DNA of 64,000 nucleotides from Thermoanaerobaculia bacterium. GTDB lineage: Bacteria; Acidobacteriota; Thermoanaerobaculia; UBA5066. Position numbers and translations under genes: made by a program. Below are positions 52,590-64,000 of the stretch, piece after piece. Each line of letters opens with the position of its first letter. Within the stretch, counting starts at the first letter, position 1. The stretch is from contig JBBRRY010000001.1 of the NCBI GenBank assembly GCA_038245905.1, positions 224,001-288,000 of the forward strand, in the 5' to 3' direction. The notes beneath the pieces were generated by a model. It had not been told where the DNA came from, searched no databases, and saw only the letters and a program-made list of their open reading frames with translations.

Positions 52590-53870
52590 CTACGAAACGA
52601 GCCCGAGCTCCCGCCCGACCTTGTGGAACGCCTCGACCGCGCGCGTGAGGTGCGCGCGCGTGTGCGTCGCCATGTAAGACGTGCGAATGAGGGCGCGCCC
52701 GGGAGGCGAGGCCGGGCTCACGACGGCGTTCACGAAGACGCCTTCGTCCTCGAGCCGCTTCGCCATCTTGAATGCGACCATGTCGGGGCCGACGACGACC
52801 GGGATGACCGGCGTCGAGGACTCGCCGCAGTTGAATCCGATCGCGCGGAGCGCGGTCAACATGAACCGCGTGTTCTCCCACAGGCGCGCGCGGCGCTCGG
52901 GCTCGGCCTCGATGATGTCGATCGCCGCCAGGACCGCGGCGACGGACGCCGGCGGCGGCGCCGCCGTGAACATGAGCGAGCGGGCCCGGTGCTTGACGAA
53001 CTTGATGACGTCCGGTTCGCCCACGACGAATCCGCCCACGGTCGCGAGCGACTTCGAGAACGTACCCATGATCAGGTCGACCCTGTCCTCGATGCCGAAG
53101 TGCTCGGCGGTCCCGCGTCCGTGCTTGCCGAGGACGCCGACTCCGTGCGCGTCGTCCACCATGAACGCCATGTCGTAGTCGTCGCAGATGCGGACGTAGT
53201 CGGGGAGAGGTGCGATGTCGCCCTCCATCGAGAAGACGCCGTCCACGACGAGCATGCGGCCGGACCGGTCGGCGCTCAAAGCAAGGAGGCGCCGCAGGTC
53301 GGCCGGGTCGTTGTGCTTGAACTTCTTGACGTCCGCGCCGACGGCGAGGCGCGCCCCGTCGTAGATGCAGGCGTGGTCCTGCCGGTCGAGGTAGATCGCG
53401 TCGCCCTTCCCCGCAATGGAGGAGATGACGCCGAGGTTCACGCCGAAGCCGGTCGAGAACGTGACGCAGGCCGGCTTCTTCATGAAGTCCGCGAGACGCT
53501 CCTCGAGCTGAACGTGGATGTCGAGCGTTCCGTTCAGGAGGCGGCTGCCGGCGCAGCCCGCGCCGTATTTCCTGACCGCCGCGATCGCGGCTTCCTTGAT
53601 CTTCGGGTGGGAGGTCAGGCCGAGATAGTTGTTCGACCCGAGCATGACCATCTCGCGGCCGCCCATGATGACGACGGGATCCTGCCCGGACTCGATCGTG
53701 CGGAAAAAGGTCCAGACGCCCGCGGCCTTGAGGTCGTCCGGGGCCGTATAAGTTCGACACTTTTCGAAGATTGAGCGAGTTCCGGTGGCAGGGGACTCTA
53801 CGCGCGATCTCGCAGACATCGCTTCACCGTCTGCAGCGGCAGGCCGCCGCGCTACTCGAGGCTCTGTCAT
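52590..53870 (-). CDS. spt: serine palmitoyltransferase-like alpha-oxoamine synthase
   Basis: GSNNYLGL, GSRLLNGT, DHACIYDG, DGVFSMEGD, DDAH, and PLP motif GTFSKS (SPT-type, not the BioF/Kbl GTLGKA). Confidence 0.75.
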   Translation of the reverse strand: MTEPRVARRPAAADGEAMSARSRVESPATGTRSIFEKCRTYTAPDDLKAAGVWTFFRTIESGQDPVVIMGGREMVMLGSNNYLGLTSHPKIKEAAIAAVRKYGAGCAGSRLLNGTLDIHVQLEERLADFMKKPACVTFSTGFGVNLGVISSIAGKGDAIYLDRQDHACIYDGARLAVGADVKKFKHNDPADLRRLLALSADRSGRMLVVDGVFSMEGDIAPLPDYVRICDDYDMAFMVDDAHGVGVLGKHGRGTAEHFGIEDRVDLIMGTFSKSLATVGGFVVGEPDVIKFVKHRARSLMFTAAPPPASVAAVLAAIDIIEAEPERRARLWENTRFMLTALRAIGFNCGESSTPVIPVVVGPDMVAFKMAKRLEDEGVFVNAVVSPASPPGRALIRTSYMATHTRAHLTRAVEAFHKVGRELGLVS

Positions 53871-54886
53871 CTGGTCTCCCCTGCCCGGATTTTACCACCC
53901 CGGTCCGCGATCCAACCTCGCTCGAGATACCAGTCCCACGTCATCCGTGCGCCGCTGCGAAAGTCGGTGCGAAATGGCTGCCCGAGAGCAACTTGCGTGT
54001 CCGTGACGTCGCAGAGCCACGCTCTCTGCAGCATCTCGTCCGCCTTCTCGGAATTGAAGACAGGCGCTCCCTTCCCGAACCTCGAGAGCGCTCCCACGAT
54101 GTGACCTGCGGCACGGATCAGAGCCTCCGGAAGGGGCAGGCGGAGGGGCCTGCGGGAGGGCAGCCCGGCCAAGGTCTCCGCGATCGCGGCGTAGTCCAGG
54201 ACCTCGGGGTGGGCGACATAGAAGGTCTCCCCCCGCGGGCCGCGTTCGAGAGCTCCCTTCACGGCCGCCGCCGCGTCCGGCCCATAGACCATGTGGATGC
54301 GGGGACGGCCTCCGGCGAGGACCGGCACGACGCCCTTCGACGCCGCGACGAAGAGGTCGCGGATCGCGGTCTCGCGGGGGCCGTAGACGGCGCACGGGCG
54401 GAGGATCGTGAACGGCACGCCGGCGCGGCGGAGAGCCTGCTCCCCCGCGAGCTTTGAGCGCCCGTAGGAGGAGACGGGCCGGGGCTCGTCGCCCGCCTTC
54501 ACGGGGACGCCGCCGACGCTCGGCCCCCCTGCGGCCGCCGACGAGACCAGGACGACGTGCGCGCCGGGCGCGTGCGCCTTCACGGCGGCGGCGACGTTCT
54601 CCGTGCCGCCCGCGTTCGCGGCCATGTACTCAGGCTCGCTCCGCGCCGACGTCTTCCCTGCGACGTGGACCACGGCCGCGGCGCCGCGCACAAGGTCGGG
54701 CAGCGTTGCGGGGTCGCGCACGTCGCCTTTCACGAGGTCGACGCCGGTGCCCTTTAGCCACGCGACATCGTCGGGGCGCCGCACGAGGGCGCGCACGCGG
54801 AACCCGGCCGCGAGGAGCGCGTCTGCAACGTGGCTTCCCACGAAGCCCGTGCCTCCCGTCAACGCGACGAGATCGCCCTTCGACAT
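53867..54886 (-). CDS. NAD-dependent epimerase/dehydratase (extended SDR), candidate ketosphinganine/ceramide reductase
   Basis: TGGTGFVG, YGRSK, RPCAVYGP; ATGA-coupled to the spt-like gene. Confidence 0.85.
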   Translation of the reverse strand: MSKGDLVALTGGTGFVGSHVADALLAAGFRVRALVRRPDDVAWLKGTGVDLVKGDVRDPATLPDLVRGAAAVVHVAGKTSARSEPEYMAANAGGTENVAAAVKAHAPGAHVVLVSSAAAGGPSVGGVPVKAGDEPRPVSSYGRSKLAGEQALRRAGVPFTILRPCAVYGPRETAIRDLFVAASKGVVPVLAGGRPRIHMVYGPDAAAAVKGALERGPRGETFYVAHPEVLDYAAIAETLAGLPSRRPLRLPLPEALIRAAGHIVGALSRFGKGAPVFNSEKADEMLQRAWLCDVTDTQVALGQPFRTDFRSGARMTWDWYLERGWIADRGGKIRAGETR

Positions 54887-54924
54887 CGCGCGACTCTATC
54901 GCAGGGCTAGAATCCGCCGCGAAC

Positions 54925-57003
54925 ATGAAGCAGCTGGTTCTCGCAGCAACCGCGTCGCTCGTGCTCGGTTTCCCCGCCGCCGCGCTCGAGGGGCCGCGGA
55001 AGATCGTCGATTACGACATCGCCGTGTCTTTCGATCCGGAGACGAAGCTGGTCGAGGGATCCGAAACGCTGAAGTGGACGAACCCGGGAGACGTCCCCGT
55101 CGGCGAGCTGAGGTTTCACACTTACTGGAACGCCTTCCGCAACGACCGCTCGACGTTCTTCAAGGAGTCGGGCGGGCAGCTGCGCGGCGACAAGGCCGAC
55201 ACGGGCAAGGGCTGGGGCTACACGAACGTGACCTCGATGAAATGGGACGGCGCCGAGCTCGTGAAGGGTGCGCGCTTCGAGAGCCCCGACGACGGCAACC
55301 CGGACGACCGGACGGTCCTCGTCGTCCCGCTCCCCCGTCCCGTCGCGCCGGGCGAGACGGCTACGCTCGCGATCACGTGGAAGGCAAAGGTCCCGAGGGT
55401 CTACGCGCGCGCGGGCTACGTCCGCGACTTCTTCTTCTTCGGCCAGTGGTTTCCGCAGATCGGCGTGTACGAGCCGAAGGGCCGCCGCCGGAATTCCGAC
55501 GCGGGCTGGAACTGCCACCAGTACCACGCGAATTCTGAGTTCTACGCGGACTGGGGCGACTGGCGGGTCGCGATCACGCTCCCGGAGAAGTTCGTCGTCG
55601 GCTCCGCGGGCGCCCTCGTGGACACGGAACGTACGGGTGGAAAGAAGACGCTCACGTACGCACAGAGGTCCATCCACAACTTCGCCTTCACGGCCGACCC
55701 GCGGTACGTCCTCGTCGAAGACGTCTTCGACCCCGCGAAGGACATCCCGAAAGACGAGATCGCGCGCGCCGCGAAGACACTCGGGCGCTCCGAGTCCGAC
55801 CTCCTCTCCGGCTTCCACAAGGTCGGGATCCGGCTGTACCTCCAGCCCGACCATCACGCGTTCGACCGGCGGCACATCGAAGCGCAGAAGTGGGCGCTCG
55901 CGTGGACAGGCCTCTGGGCATTCCCTTACCCCTACGCGCAGATCTCCATCGTCGACACTCCCGAGGACGGGCTGGGCGCGACCGGCATGGAGTACGAGAC
56001 GATCTTCACGACCCTCTCGCTCAAGTGGATGGAGCGCTGGCCGTTCAACCGGATTTTCGTCCCCGAGATGGTGACGATCCACGAGTTCACGCACGGTTAC
56101 TGGATGGGCCTCCTCGCCTCCAACGAGTTCGAGGAGAGCTGGATGGACGAGGGGATCAACACCTTCACGGAGTCCGTGATGGTGGACCGCAAGTACGGCA
56201 CGTATATGAGCGTTCCGCCCGGCATCGGGTTCAAGAACGAGGAGATGAACCGCGCCCAGGCTGCCCTCACGCAGGACCACGACCCGATCCTCTCGACGGC
56301 GTGGAAATACGTGAGCGAGAATTCCTACGGCCGCAACTCCTACCCGCAGCCGGGCACGACGATCCAGCAGATCCGCAACCTCCTCGGCGAGGAGGCGTTC
56401 TGGAAGGCCTTCCGAGACTACGCGGAACGCTGGCGCTTCGACCATCCAACATCCGAGGACTTCCTCGACGCGATGCGTGCGTCGGGTAATCCGCACGTCG
56501 CCGCGCTGATCCAGAAGACGTGGTATGGCCGCGGCTGGATCGACTTCTCGATCCTGAAAGCCGAAACGGAGAAGGACGACGGCTTCACGGGCTTCGACGA
56601 CGCAGGCAAGCCCGTCAACTTCGACCCCGATCCAAGGAAAAAGAAGAAACCGAAAGAGAAGGACGACAGGGAAAAGAAGGGACCCTGGGAATCGCTGGTC
56701 GTGGTCTGCCGCGACGGCGACATCGAGATGCCCGCGAACGTCGTCCTCACGTTCAAGGACGAGACGACCGTGACACGGACGTGGGACGGCGCTGGCGGCT
56801 GGATCAAGTACCACGTGACGTCGTCCTCGCCGCTCGTGAAGGCCGAGGTGGACCCGGAGCGCCGGACCGTCCTCGACCGCAACCCCTGGAACAACGCCCG
56901 GTACACGAAGAAGTACGAGGGGCCGTCGGCCGCCGCCAAGGGCCGCACCTACGCCCTGCATCTCGTGGAGATCCTCCTCTCCACCCTGTGGGGTGTCCTG
57001 TGA
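54925..57003 (+). CDS. secreted M1 family metallopeptidase
   Basis: Signal peptide, GMEY, HEFTH..NEFEESWMDEG (HEXXH-18-E). Start ATG 54925. Confidence 0.9.
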   Translation: MKQLVLAATASLVLGFPAAALEGPRKIVDYDIAVSFDPETKLVEGSETLKWTNPGDVPVGELRFHTYWNAFRNDRSTFFKESGGQLRGDKADTGKGWGYTNVTSMKWDGAELVKGARFESPDDGNPDDRTVLVVPLPRPVAPGETATLAITWKAKVPRVYARAGYVRDFFFFGQWFPQIGVYEPKGRRRNSDAGWNCHQYHANSEFYADWGDWRVAITLPEKFVVGSAGALVDTERTGGKKTLTYAQRSIHNFAFTADPRYVLVEDVFDPAKDIPKDEIARAAKTLGRSESDLLSGFHKVGIRLYLQPDHHAFDRRHIEAQKWALAWTGLWAFPYPYAQISIVDTPEDGLGATGMEYETIFTTLSLKWMERWPFNRIFVPEMVTIHEFTHGYWMGLLASNEFEESWMDEGINTFTESVMVDRKYGTYMSVPPGIGFKNEEMNRAQAALTQDHDPILSTAWKYVSENSYGRNSYPQPGTTIQQIRNLLGEEAFWKAFRDYAERWRFDHPTSEDFLDAMRASGNPHVAALIQKTWYGRGWIDFSILKAETEKDDGFTGFDDAGKPVNFDPDPRKKKKPKEKDDREKKGPWESLVVVCRDGDIEMPANVVLTFKDETTVTRTWDGAGGWIKYHVTSSSPLVKAEVDPERRTVLDRNPWNNARYTKKYEGPSAAAKGRTYALHLVEILLSTLWGVL

Positions 57004-57998
57004 GCGCGACCGTGAGCGGCCTCTCCGCGGCCCTTCGGCACCGGCGCCTCGCCGGCGTTCTCTGGCTTTCGCTCTTCGCGTCCGCGCTCGTCACGTGGTT
57101 CCCCATGAAGTCTCTCTTTGCGGTCTTCGACGAAGGCGCGTTCCGCGAAGTGTTGATGAAGGGCTGGGACGGCTGGGCGATGCTCTCCTGGATGACCGCG
57201 GAGAGCCGGAGCCTCGCGATTGCCACTGCCTCCGTCACGGGCACATTGCTCGTTTTCGCTCTCTTGCAGATTTTCCTGACCGGCGGCGTCCTCCGCGTCC
57301 TCGTCGACGGGAAGCCCCGGCCGGTGTTCGCGAGAGTCATCGCCGAGTCGGCATCGCTTTTCAAGGCGAACCTGTGGGCCGCCGCGCGCTTCCTGCTCGC
57401 CGCGTCCATCTGGGGTGGCCTCTTCGTCGCGGCTCCCGTCGCGCTCCTCAAGAAGCTCGCCAGGGACGCGCCGCCGCACACGCTCCTTCCCGACCTCGCG
57501 TTCTGGTGGGGAATCGTCGCCGGAGCGATCGTTCTCCTGAACGTCGGCCTCCGGTACGACCTCGCGCGCATCGCTCTCGCCCGGGGAGACGCGCGAAACG
57601 CCCGCGGCGCCTACCGCGTCGCGAAGCAGCGTCTCGCCGGGCGGCGCGCCTCCGGAATCAGGGTCCTCCTCGTCTGGCTCGCCTTCGGCGCCGCCATGCA
57701 GGCGGTCTTCACGAGCGCCGGCCTCCGAATGAATCCCCACACGAACGGCGCGGTCGCCGGACTGTTCGTGTTCCGGCAGGCGGGGTTCTACCTCCTCGCG
57801 ATGGTGCGCGTCGGCTTCTGGGCGGCTCTCCTCGTCTGGGAGGAGCGCCGGCGTCCGGCCTACTCCGTGATCGGAAGCGCGAGCGGCGGCGCGACGTGGA
57901 AATTGAGCGAACCGATCGCGACGAGCGCGGCCGCGAGCGCCCGGCCCGAAACCGGCTCGAGCGTCACGACGAACGGCAGCGCGCTCTTGTCCTCGTAG
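57000..57998 (+). CDS. hypothetical multi-pass membrane protein
   Basis: GTGA overlap with the peptidase stop; about 6 hydrophobic segments; 3' end overlaps hom. Confidence 0.7.
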   Translation: MSATVSGLSAALRHRRLAGVLWLSLFASALVTWFPMKSLFAVFDEGAFREVLMKGWDGWAMLSWMTAESRSLAIATASVTGTLLVFALLQIFLTGGVLRVLVDGKPRPVFARVIAESASLFKANLWAAARFLLAASIWGGLFVAAPVALLKKLARDAPPHTLLPDLAFWWGIVAGAIVLLNVGLRYDLARIALARGDARNARGAYRVAKQRLAGRRASGIRVLLVWLAFGAAMQAVFTSAGLRMNPHTNGAVAGLFVFRQAGFYLLAMVRVGFWAALLVWEERRRPAYSVIGSASGGATWKLSEPIATSAAASARPETGSSVTTNGSALLSS

Positions 57999-59170
57999 GG
58001 AGCCTGAAATACGGCGTCGATGTTGATGCCGTTTTCCGCGAGGATCCGCGCGAGGTCGGCGAGGATTCCAGGGCGGTCGCTCACGATGAACCTCAGGTAA
58101 AAGGGCGACACGAATTCTCCGGGCGCCGCGGCCGTGCACGGCTCGAGGGACGCAAAGCCGAGCGGCGGGGCGCCATGGGCTCCCGGCACGCCGCCCCGTG
58201 CGATCTCCACGACGTCCGCGAGGACGGCCGTGGCCGTCGGATCGCCGCCCGCGCCGCGCCCCGAGAAGACGAAGGAGCCGCCGCTTTCGCCCCGGACCTC
58301 GACCGCGTTGAAGGGTCCGGTCACCTTCGCGAGGAGCGACGTCTCGGAGACGAAATGCGTCCTCACCGAGAGGAGGAGATGGCCGCTCGGGACCACGCGT
58401 GCCACCGCGAGCTGGCGCGGGGTACGCCCGAGCCTTTTCGCGTAAACGAAATCGCACGGCAGGAGGCGCATGATGCCCTCCCGCGCGATCTGGTCGACGG
58501 TGACGTCGCGCCCGAACGCAAGACGCGCGAGGAGCGCGAGCTTGTACGCGGCGTCCTCACCTTCGACGTCGCTCGCGGGATCAGCCTCCGCGTATCCGAG
58601 CCGCTGGGCCTCGGCAAGGACTTCGGCGTACGGGCGGCCCGTCGCCTCCATCTCCGTCAGGATGAAGTTGCAGGTGCCGTTCAGAATTCCAGAAACGGCC
58701 GTGACCCGGTCGCCCGTGAAGCTCGAACGCAGCGCCCTGAGGATCGGAATCCCCCCCGCCACCGCCGCCTCGATGCCGAGTCCCGCACCCTTCTCACGCG
58801 CGAGATCCTGGAGAGCGGTTCCGTGGCGCGCGAGGAGCATCTTGTTCGCCGTCACGACGCTCTTCCCGGCGCCGAGCGCCGCCCGGATGAGGCCGTTCGC
58901 CGGCTCGATTCCGCCGAGAAGCTCCACGACGAGGTCCACATCGGGAGCCGTCGCGACCGACGCGAGGTCCGTGGTCCAGCGGATGTCCCCGAGGTCCGCG
59001 TCGCGCATCTCCTCGGCCCGGCGTGTCCCGATCGCTGCGATCTTCAGTCTCACGGCGCGCCGGAGCGCGAGATCGGGCGCCTCGCGCACGAGGAGCTTCG
59101 CGAACGCACGTCCCACGGTCCCGAAACCGATCAGGCCGACGCGGACGATCGAGGCAGGATCGCTCTTCAT
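57860..59170 (-). CDS. hom: homoserine dehydrogenase with ACT domain
   Basis: GLIGFGTVG, VVTANK, EAAVAGGIP, GILNGTCNFIL, GYAEADP..DVEGEDAA.K, DRPGILA. Confidence 0.96.
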   Translation of the reverse strand: MKSDPASIVRVGLIGFGTVGRAFAKLLVREAPDLALRRAVRLKIAAIGTRRAEEMRDADLGDIRWTTDLASVATAPDVDLVVELLGGIEPANGLIRAALGAGKSVVTANKMLLARHGTALQDLAREKGAGLGIEAAVAGGIPILRALRSSFTGDRVTAVSGILNGTCNFILTEMEATGRPYAEVLAEAQRLGYAEADPASDVEGEDAAYKLALLARLAFGRDVTVDQIAREGIMRLLPCDFVYAKRLGRTPRQLAVARVVPSGHLLLSVRTHFVSETSLLAKVTGPFNAVEVRGESGGSFVFSGRGAGGDPTATAVLADVVEIARGGVPGAHGAPPLGFASLEPCTAAAPGEFVSPFYLRFIVSDRPGILADLARILAENGINIDAVFQAPYEDKSALPFVVTLEPVSGRALAAALVAIGSLNFHVAPPLALPITE

Positions 59171-59244
59171 CGGCGCGCAATCTACGGTAAGCGCCCGTCC
59201 CGGTCAAAGACCAGAGCGAGCTGCGCGCAGCCCTGAAGGCTCCG

Positions 59245-59290
59245 GGAACCGAATCTCCGCACACGGGTCCAAACGTGCGAAAGGAGATTC
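59245..59290 (+). promoter_or_regulatory. ECF-type promoter candidate overlapping an inverted repeat that covers the RBS
   Basis: GGAACC (59245-59250)-N16-GTCCAA (59267-59272); inverted repeat GAATCTCC / GGAGATTC. Confidence 0.4.
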
Positions 59291-59292
59291 TC

Positions 59293-60150
59293 ATGCGCCA
59301 CCAGGTTCTCACCGCCCTGCTCCTCGCCGCCGGGGCCGCAAACGCCGCCTCTCCATCGGGTTTCGGTCTCGATGTTCTCGTGAACGGGAGCCCCCGCCCC
59401 GAATTCGCCGCGCGGGGCACCGTCTACGTGGAGGCGCTGAAGGGGCACGACTTCTCGCTGAGGGTCACGAACCCCCTCGGAGTCCGGGTGGCCGTCGCGC
59501 TCTCCGTGGACGGCCTCAACACGATCGACGCGAAGCACACGTCCGCGATTGACGCCCGCAAGTGGGTCCTCGACCCGTACCAGACGGTCGTGATTCCCGG
59601 CTGGCAGGTCTCCGGCGAGACGAGCCGGAAGTTCTTCTTCACGGGCGAAAAGGGCTCGTACGGTGCGAAGCTGGGCGAGACGTCGAATCTCGGGGCGATC
59701 GAGGCGGTGTTCTTTCGGGAGAGGCTCCCGTACAGGGCTCAGCGGCCGTGGAGCGGGGGAAAAGAGGAAGACAAGATTTCTTCGAATGAAAGAGGAAAAG
59801 GCGCCGGACGACTCGACGAGCCTCGGGTCGAGGCGGCCGCCGGCGCGGCGCAGCTTCCCGCCCCGAGCGAGAGCGTCGCCCGCGACCATTCAAAGAAATC
59901 CTCTTCTCCCCCCCCCTCTTCTCTCGCCGACGAGATGGCCGCCACCGGCATCGGCAGCCGGACGCGCTTTGACGTCACGCGCGTCAACCTCGACCTCGAG
60001 GATTCGCCGGCCGCGTCCGTGCGCCTTCGTTACGAGTTCCGGCCGCAGCTCGTCGCGCTGGGCGTCCTGCCCAGCGACCCGGATCCCGCCCGGATCGCCC
60101 GCCGCGAGCGTGCCCGCGGCTTCGAGGACTTCTGCCCCGAACCCCGCTGA
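59293..60150 (+). CDS. hypothetical secreted protein
   Basis: Signal peptide (ANA), AAGGAG RBS, globular segment VALSVDGLN..WVLDP..IPGWQ..NLGAIEAVFFRE. Confidence 0.8.
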   Translation: MRHQVLTALLLAAGAANAASPSGFGLDVLVNGSPRPEFAARGTVYVEALKGHDFSLRVTNPLGVRVAVALSVDGLNTIDAKHTSAIDARKWVLDPYQTVVIPGWQVSGETSRKFFFTGEKGSYGAKLGETSNLGAIEAVFFRERLPYRAQRPWSGGKEEDKISSNERGKGAGRLDEPRVEAAAGAAQLPAPSESVARDHSKKSSSPPPSSLADEMAATGIGSRTRFDVTRVNLDLEDSPAASVRLRYEFRPQLVALGVLPSDPDPARIARRERARGFEDFCPEPR

Positions 60151-60166
60151 GCCCCGAAACTCTCCC

Positions 60167-60216
60167 GGCTCTCCTTCGTATGCGTAAAGGATAGATTCCG
60201 CTTACGAAGGAGAGCC
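60167..60216. repeat. 14-bp perfect inverted repeat (hairpin or operator)
   Basis: GGCTCTCCTTCGTA (60167-60180) / TACGAAGGAGAGCC (60203-60216). Confidence 0.8.
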
Positions 60217-60221
60217 CTCGA

Positions 60222-63071
<2,850 letters not shown>

Positions 63072-63091
63072 CACTGGCCATCCCGGCCCGC

Positions 63092-63128
63092 TTGACGGTC
63101 TTGTGGGTATGACCTAGAGTCATACCCA
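63092..63128 (+). promoter_or_regulatory. sigma70 promoter with 10-bp operator palindrome of the TA operon
   Basis: TTGACG (63092)-17 nt-TAGAGT (63115); TGGGTATGAC-CTAGA-GTCATACCCA spans the -10 up to the ATG. Confidence 0.8.
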
Positions 63129-63367
63129 TGAGGACCGCCAAGGTTGCCGTTTCCCTTCAGCAACGCACGCTGACGCGGGTTGACAGGCTCGTCCGGCGGG
63201 GCGTGTTCCCGAGCCGGAGCCGCCTCGTGCAGGACTCGGTCGAAGACAAGCTCCGCCGGATCGAGGGCGCGTCCCTCGCGCGCGAGTGCGCGAAGCTGGA
63301 GCGGCGCCTCGAGCGCGCTCTGGCCGAGGAAGGCCTCGAGCCGGTCGCCGAATGGCCGCCGTACTGA
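63128..63367 (+). CDS. ribbon-helix-helix (CopG-like) antitoxin
   Basis: AKVAVSL..VDRLV..FPSRSRLVQ; upstream of and overlapping the toxin. Confidence 0.85.
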   Translation: MRTAKVAVSLQQRTLTRVDRLVRRGVFPSRSRLVQDSVEDKLRRIEGASLARECAKLERRLERALAEEGLEPVAEWPPY

Positions 63368-63690
63368 GGGGCGACATCGTGTGGGCGGACCTGAACCCGG
63401 TCCGCGGGAGCGGGCAGGCTGGAATCCGGCCGGTCCTCGTCCTGAGCGCCGACGTCTTCAACCGTCATTCCGGCACCGTCGTCGCGGCCACAATCACGAG
63501 CCAGGCGCCAAAGGCCGGCTTTCCTCTCACGCTGGCCCTCTCCGACCCGAAGCTTCCCAAGAAATCCTGGGTCAAGATCGGCCAGGTCCGGACGCTCTCG
63601 ACGGAAAGGCTCGGAAAGCGCCTTGGGCGCGCGACGGCCGACGAATTGGAGCAGGTCCTCGAGGGCCTGAACGAGATTCTCGGCGGGTGA
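63352..63690 (+). CDS. mazF: PemK/MazF family endoribonuclease toxin
   Basis: RGDIVWADLNPVRGSGQAGIRPVLVLS..FN, ITS, QVRTLS..RL. Start ATG 63352. Confidence 0.9.
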   Translation: MAAVLRGDIVWADLNPVRGSGQAGIRPVLVLSADVFNRHSGTVVAATITSQAPKAGFPLTLALSDPKLPKKSWVKIGQVRTLSTERLGKRLGRATADELEQVLEGLNEILGG

Positions 63691-63692
63691 GC

Positions 63693-64000
63693 ATGGCGAT
63701 CGACAACATGTACCGCCGGCGGCGGCTCGGGCCGCCGCTCGGCGTGCGCATGGCGTTGTCGGTCCCGCCGTCGGTGTTCTTCCCGGTGCTCGGGTTCCTC
63801 TACATGGCCTTCCTCGACCACCCGCGCCGCCCGCGCCCGGCGCTGCTCTATGTCTTCGCGCCGCTGACGGCGCTCAGCGCCACGAAGGACATCGGCCTCG
63901 CGGCGATGCTCGTCGTCCTCGATATGCTGCTTTGGATGGCCGCGCTCAACGCGCTCTTCACCTTGATCGTCTGGCTGTTTGAGAGACCTGATTCCAATAC
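63693..64000 (+). CDS. hypothetical membrane protein (runs off window)
   Basis: Open frame MAIDNMYRRR..FFPVLGFLY..LLWMAALNALFTLIVWLF with no stop before the window end. Confidence 0.5.
   Translation, partial: MAIDNMYRRRRLGPPLGVRMALSVPPSVFFPVLGFLYMAFLDHPRRPRPALLYVFAPLTALSATKDIGLAAMLVVLDMLLWMAALNALFTLIVWLFERPDSN

Overview
High-GC bacterial chromosomal segment, mostly core and metabolic genes; gene content loosely suggests Acidobacteriota (inference only). It holds about 62 CDS, including metK (partial), rsmD, a tRNA nucleotidyltransferase, dnaE, a BLUF protein, an ECF sigma cassette, a LeuB/C/D-like cluster, proBA, guaA, xerD, hppD-hmgA, a short-chain acyl-CoA operon, a Ser/Thr kinase with a TPR protein, an nfeD-to-prfB operon (prfB has a +1 frameshift), cydAB, M1 and M16 peptidases, hom and two type II TA pairs. 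I saw no rRNA, tRNA, CRISPR array, transposase or prophage. Most notable: (1) an AT-rich asymmetric motif (~GATTT[T/G]CTTnGAA with purine-rich flanks) that recurs mainly inside coding sequence, as about eight inward-facing pairs roughly 50-310 bp apart; (2) a TAnnnT hexamer 6-8 nt before the start codon of 14 genes, pointing to pervasive leaderless mRNAs; (3) a probable sphingolipid locus (SPT, reductase-like, GNAT bCerS-like, Aur1-like PAP2) split by a cydAB-containing block; (4) two tandem, diverged, secreted 4-Cys paralogs; (5) a BLUF gene divergent from an ECF/anti-sigma/CxxC cassette. All calls come from reading the sequence by eye; no database searches were run.
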